64,000 nt of DNA from Elsinoe ampelina (lineage: Eukaryota). Both the position numbers and the translations under genes were made by a program. The DNA lies in NCBI GenBank assembly GCA_010093995.1, contig ML992521.1:1-64000 (forward strand), in the 5' to 3' direction. Of this stretch, positions 58,126 through 64,000 are shown in pieces (position 1 is the stretch's first letter; each line of letters starts with the position of its first letter). The notes under the pieces were generated by a model that ran no database searches, was not told where the DNA came from, and saw only the letters and a program-made list of their open reading frames with translations.

Positions 58126-59347
58126 ATGGAGGTACATGATGAGGTCAAGATCCTTGTCAGGCAAATCTTACAGCTTGTACCTGCGAAGGAGTTGCGTTGG
58201 CCCACCCCTGACAATATGCGATCATCACAGAACCAACAATTCATCTACACACGCTGCTTCAATACAACAAATCCTCGAACTCTAGGACCTGGTAGGTATC
58301 GCTACTCGGTGCTCAAGCCGCTCGTGAAGAATATCGAAAATGCTATCGTAGATCCTGAAGATGATGTAAGCTTAAGCTACTGGCGTGCCTGACCGAACGC
58401 CGCCTCTTTTCATATCCTTCCTGTTCTGATTCGTCGTCCGTGTTGCAGGAGATCTCAGACCAGCTGCTTGAGGCTTTGTCAGAGCTCATGGTTGAAGAAA
58501 TGCCCTCAGAGATGGACGCCGCGCGGCAACGAAGCTGGGTAACATATGCAACTTCTAACGACGGCAAGGACAGCGATATCGCCATTCTGGAGAGTCGCTC
58601 AGTCATTTCTGGATCCGGCACCACAGGACTCAGAACCTGGGAAGCTGCACTCCACCTTGGATCGTATTTGCTATCATCGAAAGACTCAGCTTTGCCAATC
58701 CGGGGGAAGCACATCCTCGAACTTGGTGCAGGGACTGGACTATTGAGTATCCTATGCGGCAAGACGTTGCAGGCTAGCAGAGTACTTTCAACCGACGGAA
58801 GCGACGAAGTTGTAGAGTCATTGAAAACCAACATTCAAGCGAACGCGATTGAAAGTGTTGTCACAGCTGGTGTTCTGAAATGGGGATGGCACCTCAAGGA
58901 CACGTTGCTCGCGATGCTAGACCCTGACGACCATATTGATACAGTCCTTGGAGCTGATGTGGTAGGCTTGTTCATCGCTGCACATGTGATTGAAGCTTGA
59001 CTGACCATATAAGACGTATGATCAAAGCATTATACCTGCTCTTGTGTCTACCATACGGCACATCTTCGAAGTCTGGCCTCAGGTCGATGTAATAATATCG
59101 GCGACAATTCGGAACGAGGACACTTTTGCCGCGTTTGAGAACGCCTGCCGTAGGTAATCCTTCCCATTTCTGGCTTTGTCTTTGCTGAACCCCATCAGAC
59201 CACAACAAATTCTCACTCATGGAGATCGACTTCCCCGTTCGACCAGTCGATGAGCAGCAACAACTCTTCCACTCTATCTCAACGCATATCAAGATCTTGC
59301 ACATAAGAGCGCCGGAAAGTATCCGCGATCCATTTCGGATAGATTGA
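58126..59347 (+). CDS. EFM3: Protein-lysine N-methyltransferase Efm3/FAM86 (eEF2); introns 58366-58448, 58962-59013, 59149-59198
   Basis: [17 protein letters not shown] motif [17 protein letters not shown] (spliced) and [10 protein letters not shown]. Confidence 0.85.
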
Positions 59348-59350
59348 ATG

Positions 59351-60281
59351 CTAAGACGACTGCATGGCAATGTCGTAGATCTTCTGGCGCTCCTCTTCCG
59401 AAATCGTGTTACGTGGAGCTGATTTGATAAATCTGGCTGGGTTCCCAGCGACCACTGTGTACTCAGCGACATCCTGGCACTAGTCAGCAGACTCTATGGA
59501 TTTTGCCTGGCTTATTTACCTTGGTCACAACACTGCCCGCGCCGACGGTAGACCCTTTGCCTATCGTCACACCTGGTAGAATCGTCACGTTACCACCAAT
59601 CCAACAGTCGTCACCAATGGTAATGGGCTTGCCACCCTCTGGGCCACGAGTGCCGTTCCTTAGATCAGGATCTGTTGGGTGGGTGCCTGAGTAGAGGGAC
59701 ACATTCGGGACGAACAGCACTCTCGATCCGATGGTGATCAGACAGGTGTCGATCATGATGCAATTACAATTGATGAAGACATTGCTACCCAAGCGAACAT
59801 TGATACCATTGTCTGCACGGAATGGTGGACACACCCACGGGTCGTCTTCGAACAGCGCATCGTCCTCGTCATCCGTAGAGCCTTCTTTCCTGGTGGGAAG
59901 TGGACTGTCATCTCCTACGATCCTGCTACTGTCAGCGTCTGATCAAGCACGATACTGCCAACGAGTTGAATCTCGACTTGAAGTCCAGTACATCCCTGAA
60001 CAGTACGCCCAGGACAGATTGAGAAGAGCTCGTCGGTTTTCTTGGGCGTGCCAGCTGATTCGTCCCAAACGTGATGGGTGTAACATTCCAGACTACTACG
60101 TATGTGGCTCCGTCGCTTACCTTCTCCACAACTCAACCTGTCTTCTTCGCGGCTCGTCTTCTGCATTGTTGAATTCCTTGCAGGCCTTGGCGCACTTTTG
60201 TCTTTGTTTCACTAATTCTGGTGTAAAGGCATGATATAGTTCGCCACGAAGGGAGCGTGCTTTGTTTTCCGATAATGCCAT
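59351..60281 (-). CDS. Maltose/galactoside O-acetyltransferase-like hexapeptide-repeat enzyme; introns 59923-60120 and 59474-59519
   Basis: Mac-domain start [60 protein letters not shown] and VVAGNPAR. Confidence 0.9.
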
Positions 60282-60639
60282 TCTTCTGAAAGACTGTAGG
60301 GAGTCTGTTGTGTTTAGATGTAGCACGAAAAGAACCCAGACGGCCCGAGAAGAACTATAATCTGAAATATCGTGACTTGCAACAATGTAGCTTTTGCGAT
60401 CTCTTGATACTATCAGAAGCTGTGTTGGAATGCTTGTGAGCCGCATCCAGCTTTGACCAGCTTCCTTCCGCATTCGGTGTCCACCAACTCTTGATATTGT
60501 TCTCACTATCTTACCTTTATGACTCCATGAACCAGGGACAAATGTCATGATGGATCTACGGGTCAAGAGACGATACCTCCTCGACAGAATACACCCACAG
60601 TGGACCACAGAGCCCTGATCTCCTGCTGCAACAGCAACG

Positions 60640-61524
60640 ATGGCAGAGACCCAAGGTGTCCATCGCCGACATGCGAACGGCGACCCCAATATTTCGGCAC
60701 CTCTTAACGTCACGAGACAATCTGGCGTATCAGCTGAAGCTGCGCAAGAGGCTAGGGAACATGCAGGAAACGACTTCATCAAAAGAGCTATCGAGATGCG
60801 CCAGCAGCAAGTCGTGGACAGCACTTTCTTGCATGGAGGGACACGAGCACTTGACGGAATAGCATTGCACGCCTTTGCTCTCGGCATAGTACTTTCTACC
60901 TCTATTGTAATTGCCGGATGTCTGGCCTGGAACGGACAACAGATCTGGCGCCTGCCACAGTTCATTGCAACACTGGCCATCTTTCATTTCCTGGAGTTCT
61001 ACACCACTGCTAGGTGGAATACGACTACGGCTAAGGTTAGCAGCTTTCTGCTTTTCTCCAATGGCACAGCATACAACATCGCTCACTCGTGCGCCATGTT
61101 TGAGATAATTGTCACTTCGTTACTGGCGCCCAGCTGGCAAGCGAGGTTCTCGGCATGGTACTCAATGCTGTTTGCTGCTTTCCTGGTATTCCTGGGCCAA
61201 TCAGTCCGGAGTGTGGCGATGGCGCAAGCAGGAACCAATTTCAACCACATACCGGTCAAGGAGAGGGTGGAGGGACACAGACTTGTCACATGGGGCGTGT
61301 ACAAGCACTTCCGGCATCCAAGCTATTTTGGGTTTTTCTGGTGGGCAGTTGGTACGCAGCTTTTCGTTGGAAACCTTTTCTGCACGATAGCCTATGCTGT
61401 CGTTCTTTGGCGATTCTTCGATTCACGAATCAGGGGCGAGGAGAAATCCCTCCAGGAATTCTTTGGTGAGGACTACAGGGCGTACAAGGCAAAGACCTTT
61501 ACCAGGATACCTTTCATCAGGTAA
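60640..61524 (+). CDS. STE14: Protein-S-isoprenylcysteine O-methyltransferase
   Basis: FHFLEF, RSVAMAQAGTNFNH, LVTWGVYKHFRHPSYFGFFWW, RIRGEE and YRAYK. Confidence 0.95.
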   Translation: MAETQGVHRRHANGDPNISAPLNVTRQSGVSAEAAQEAREHAGNDFIKRAIEMRQQQVVDSTFLHGGTRALDGIALHAFALGIVLSTSIVIAGCLAWNGQQIWRLPQFIATLAIFHFLEFYTTARWNTTTAKVSSFLLFSNGTAYNIAHSCAMFEIIVTSLLAPSWQARFSAWYSMLFAAFLVFLGQSVRSVAMAQAGTNFNHIPVKERVEGHRLVTWGVYKHFRHPSYFGFFWWAVGTQLFVGNLFCTIAYAVVLWRFFDSRIRGEEKSLQEFFGEDYRAYKAKTFTRIPFIR

Positions 61525-62390
61525 TCATGTGCTCCTCTTGCTTTGACTTGCGCCGGTGGTAGCTTATACTTGCTTATTGCTTGCGCACCACAAGCAGACC
61601 AATCCACGTTTTCAACTCATCTGCCCGCACTTCACATGCACATGCGGTCGCACATCTGCACACAGGACTCCACATCTGATGTGACCACCTTTCACCTGGC
61701 ATGTCGACTGAAAGCCGAGAAGACTCGCGTAGCCACCGAATCTTGCGCGGTGTCAACAGATCCATACCGCGGGCAGTAAGAAGTGAGGAGCAAGAAGAGC
61801 ACGACAACATCATATATTATGATCGTTTGACGAGGTGCAGGTGGTAAGGTTTCCTTTCGATACCCCCTGACGTGCAACGACTGGCCGGCGGACCGTCCTA
61901 CACTGGAAATCAAAGCACATTGAAGTCTTTGTGGTAGGATAAGATATCTGGCACGCCGCTGAGCTTTGTCGTTCGCAGGACCGCGAGTTGATCCTTGTGG
62001 TCGGACAAAGGGCTTCTATAGTGGCTGATGGCCTTTGTGATTAAGGGAGTACATAGTCCGTCCGTAGAACTCGAATATACTACCACAATTGCTCCTTTAC
62101 AATCTCAAAGCCTCGTCCTAAGCAGCCTATATTATCAAACATTTACACAAGGTACGTTGTAAATGGAACGTAGAGGCGTATTTGCTTCTGTTATGTCGTC
62201 CTTGGCACCGAACGGAAGCTTACTCGACCAGCCTTGGAGCGGATCTACACATATAAATTACCTCACTGCAGCGCCCATCCTTCACCAAAAACCAAAGAGA
62301 TGGCTTCGACGATATGAGCGATCCTCCGCGCGAGATATTCATGCACACTTTCGACAAGATCACATACCAATATTCGACCGCGACCCCGCC

Positions 62391-63686
62391 ATGAGCGGCC
62401 TCCTCCAGCTCTCCGACGTGGGCAAACTCGCGCCGAACGATGACACCCTTCAGATCTTCAGAGACAAGCTCACAGATGCTGTGGGCAGTAACAAAAGGGG
62501 CTTTCCAGGCGCACAACCGGTGTCCTTCGCACGAAGACACCTACAAGAATTGAAGGATGCAGAGTCAGTTTCACCGCCTGCTCCACGCTCTCAGAAATTC
62601 GTAGGGCATACTGACAAGTTGCAACCTAGCTATTTCGTCTGTGAGAAGACTGATGGCATCCGATGTCTCCTCTTTCTATCCTTCCATGTCACGGCCGATG
62701 GCAACACCGAGATGGCCTTTCTGGTAGACCGAAAAAACGACTTCTACTTCATCGATAACCCATCCTTCCACTTCCCCTTGCCAAACCAAGCTCCTGACAC
62801 ATTCCATACCGACACGGTCATAGATGGCGAGCTAGTACTTGATACATACCCCGACGGCCGGACCGTTCGACGATATCTAGTTTTTGACTGCCTTGCACTC
62901 GACGGCAAGCCCATCACCAACCGAACACTGGACAAGCGTCTGGGTATCTTTGATGCGAACGTCTTCAAGCCCCAACAAGCACTACTGAACAAATACCCTG
63001 AAGAGAAAGAGCAGCAACCCTTTGAAGTCCGCATGAAGAAGCTCGACCGAGCCTACGGCGTGGAGGGCATCTTCAAAGAAATGCCACTCCTCACCCACGG
63101 CAACGACGGTATAGTCTTCACCTGCCGCACCACCCCCTACAAAAGCGGCACCGACGAAAACATTCTTAAATGGAAACCGCCCCACGAAAACACCATCGAC
63201 TTCAAGCTGCAAATCGGCGCCTTCCCCCGCCTCGGCGGCGACACAAACGGCCACACCTTCACCAACGGCACCCCCACCGCCGACGACTTCGACTACGACG
63301 CCTGCCCATCCTTCAACCTCCTCGTCGGCGAAGGCCGCGGCCGCCACTCCGTCTTCGGCACCCTCTTCGTGTCCGACGACGAATGGACCAGCATGAAAAG
63401 CCTGAACCAAATGCTCGACGCGCGCATCATCGAATGCTACAAAGACAGCCAGGGGAGGTGGCGATTCAAGCGCGAAAAAGACGGCACACCGCGATTTCGC
63501 GACGATAAAGACGATGCGAACCACGTTAGTACGGTCCATAGTGTCTTGGAGAGTATCGAGGATGCGGTGTCCGAGCAGGATCTCATTGCGCATGCCGCGG
63601 AGATAAGGGCGAGGTGGAAGCAGAGGGAGGCTGAGGCGGCAAGGCAGGCGAGGGAGCAGCAGCAGCAGCAACAGCGCCCGGCTTAG
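62391..63686 (+). CDS. CEG1: mRNA capping enzyme guanylyltransferase; intron 62564-62629
   Basis: FPGAQPVSF, motif I VCEKTDG, IDGELV, YLVFD, HGNDGIVF, LKWKP and RFRDDKDDANH. Confidence 0.95.
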   Translation: MSGLLQLSDVGKLAPNDDTLQIFRDKLTDAVGSNKRGFPGAQPVSFARRHLQELKDAESVSPPAPRSQKFVGHTDKLQPSYFVCEKTDGIRCLLFLSFHVTADGNTEMAFLVDRKNDFYFIDNPSFHFPLPNQAPDTFHTDTVIDGELVLDTYPDGRTVRRYLVFDCLALDGKPITNRTLDKRLGIFDANVFKPQQALLNKYPEEKEQQPFEVRMKKLDRAYGVEGIFKEMPLLTHGNDGIVFTCRTTPYKSGTDENILKWKPPHENTIDFKLQIGAFPRLGGDTNGHTFTNGTPTADDFDYDACPSFNLLVGEGRGRHSVFGTLFVSDDEWTSMKSLNQMLDARIIECYKDSQGRWRFKREKDGTPRFRDDKDDANHVSTVHSVLESIEDAVSEQDLIAHAAEIRARWKQREAEAARQAREQQQQQQRPA

Positions 63687-64000
63687 AAGGGGAGGTGGGA
63701 TTCTGGTGCTGGTGCGGTGGCGGCGGGGTGGGCGAGGCAGGGGGATGATAAGAAGTGATGCTTTGAGCGAGACCGGTCGCATGGAGTCACAAGGAAGGCA
63801 TGGTTGGACGACTTTTGATACCCTAAGCGTGGCGTTGGGTTTGCCTGGCATCAGGCACAGGAATGGGATTTGACTTCAATCGCTCATGTGTAGCCAGAAC
63901 AACACTTACGATGCTCACACTCCTGCCAGTGCCAGTGCCAGTGCTCGTGACCATGATAATCATACCACCTAATCCCCACAAAGGGTATCTACTTTTCTGT

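Noticed and set aside
57917..58244. 341-aa ORF extending RPS24 upstream
   Set aside because: It is chance readthrough across introns and the promoter. The conserved S24 N-terminus begins at 57916 in another frame.
59923..60120. Possible stwintron (nested intron)
   Set aside because: Candidate internal and external introns would be about 25-33 nt, or lack usable donor and branch signals.
62163..62390. Upstream in-frame ATG extension of CEG1
   Set aside because: The extension is not homolog-like, and ATG 62391 has good context (GCCATG). It cannot be fully excluded without TSS data.
62982..63851. 289-aa minus-strand ORF antisense to CEG1
   Set aside because: It is a shadow of a GC3-rich gene with no recognisable motif.
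63925..63944. (GCCAGT)3, plus (TGACAC)3 near 39309 and CAG runs at 47455 and 63655
   Set aside because: These are ordinary short microsatellites or polyQ codons.

Overview
This is a gene-dense, intron-containing eukaryotic window from a filamentous ascomycete (Pezizomycotina). A Dothideomycete origin is my inference from gene style and is not proven. I can model 23 protein-coding genes, with introns placed by hand from GT..AG and CTRAC signals and frame continuity: pyrG/URA3, PEX22-like, eIF2B-gamma, a vWA protein, RDH54, a GH55 exo-beta-1,3-glucanase, a GNAT protein, ARL2, CWC24, apsA/NUM1, an aquaglyceroporin, an SRPK-like kinase, glycerol kinase, a Far1-like RING-PH-vWA protein, TTI1, CBP3, JSN1/PUF, a DAL5-family MFS transporter, VPS72, RPS24, EFM3, a hexapeptide O-acetyltransferase, STE14 and CEG1. 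I found no tRNA, rRNA, CRISPR array or intact transposon. The most striking unexplained signal is about ten sharp C-rich to G-rich composition switches lying roughly 200-600 bp before the stop codon of a subset of genes, often in pairs at convergent genes. They override codon choice and extend into introns and UTRs. Also notable are a glpFK-like aquaglyceroporin/glycerol kinase pair split by an atypical kinase, and two convergent genes whose stop codons are 3 bp apart. All composition statements are by eye, not computed.
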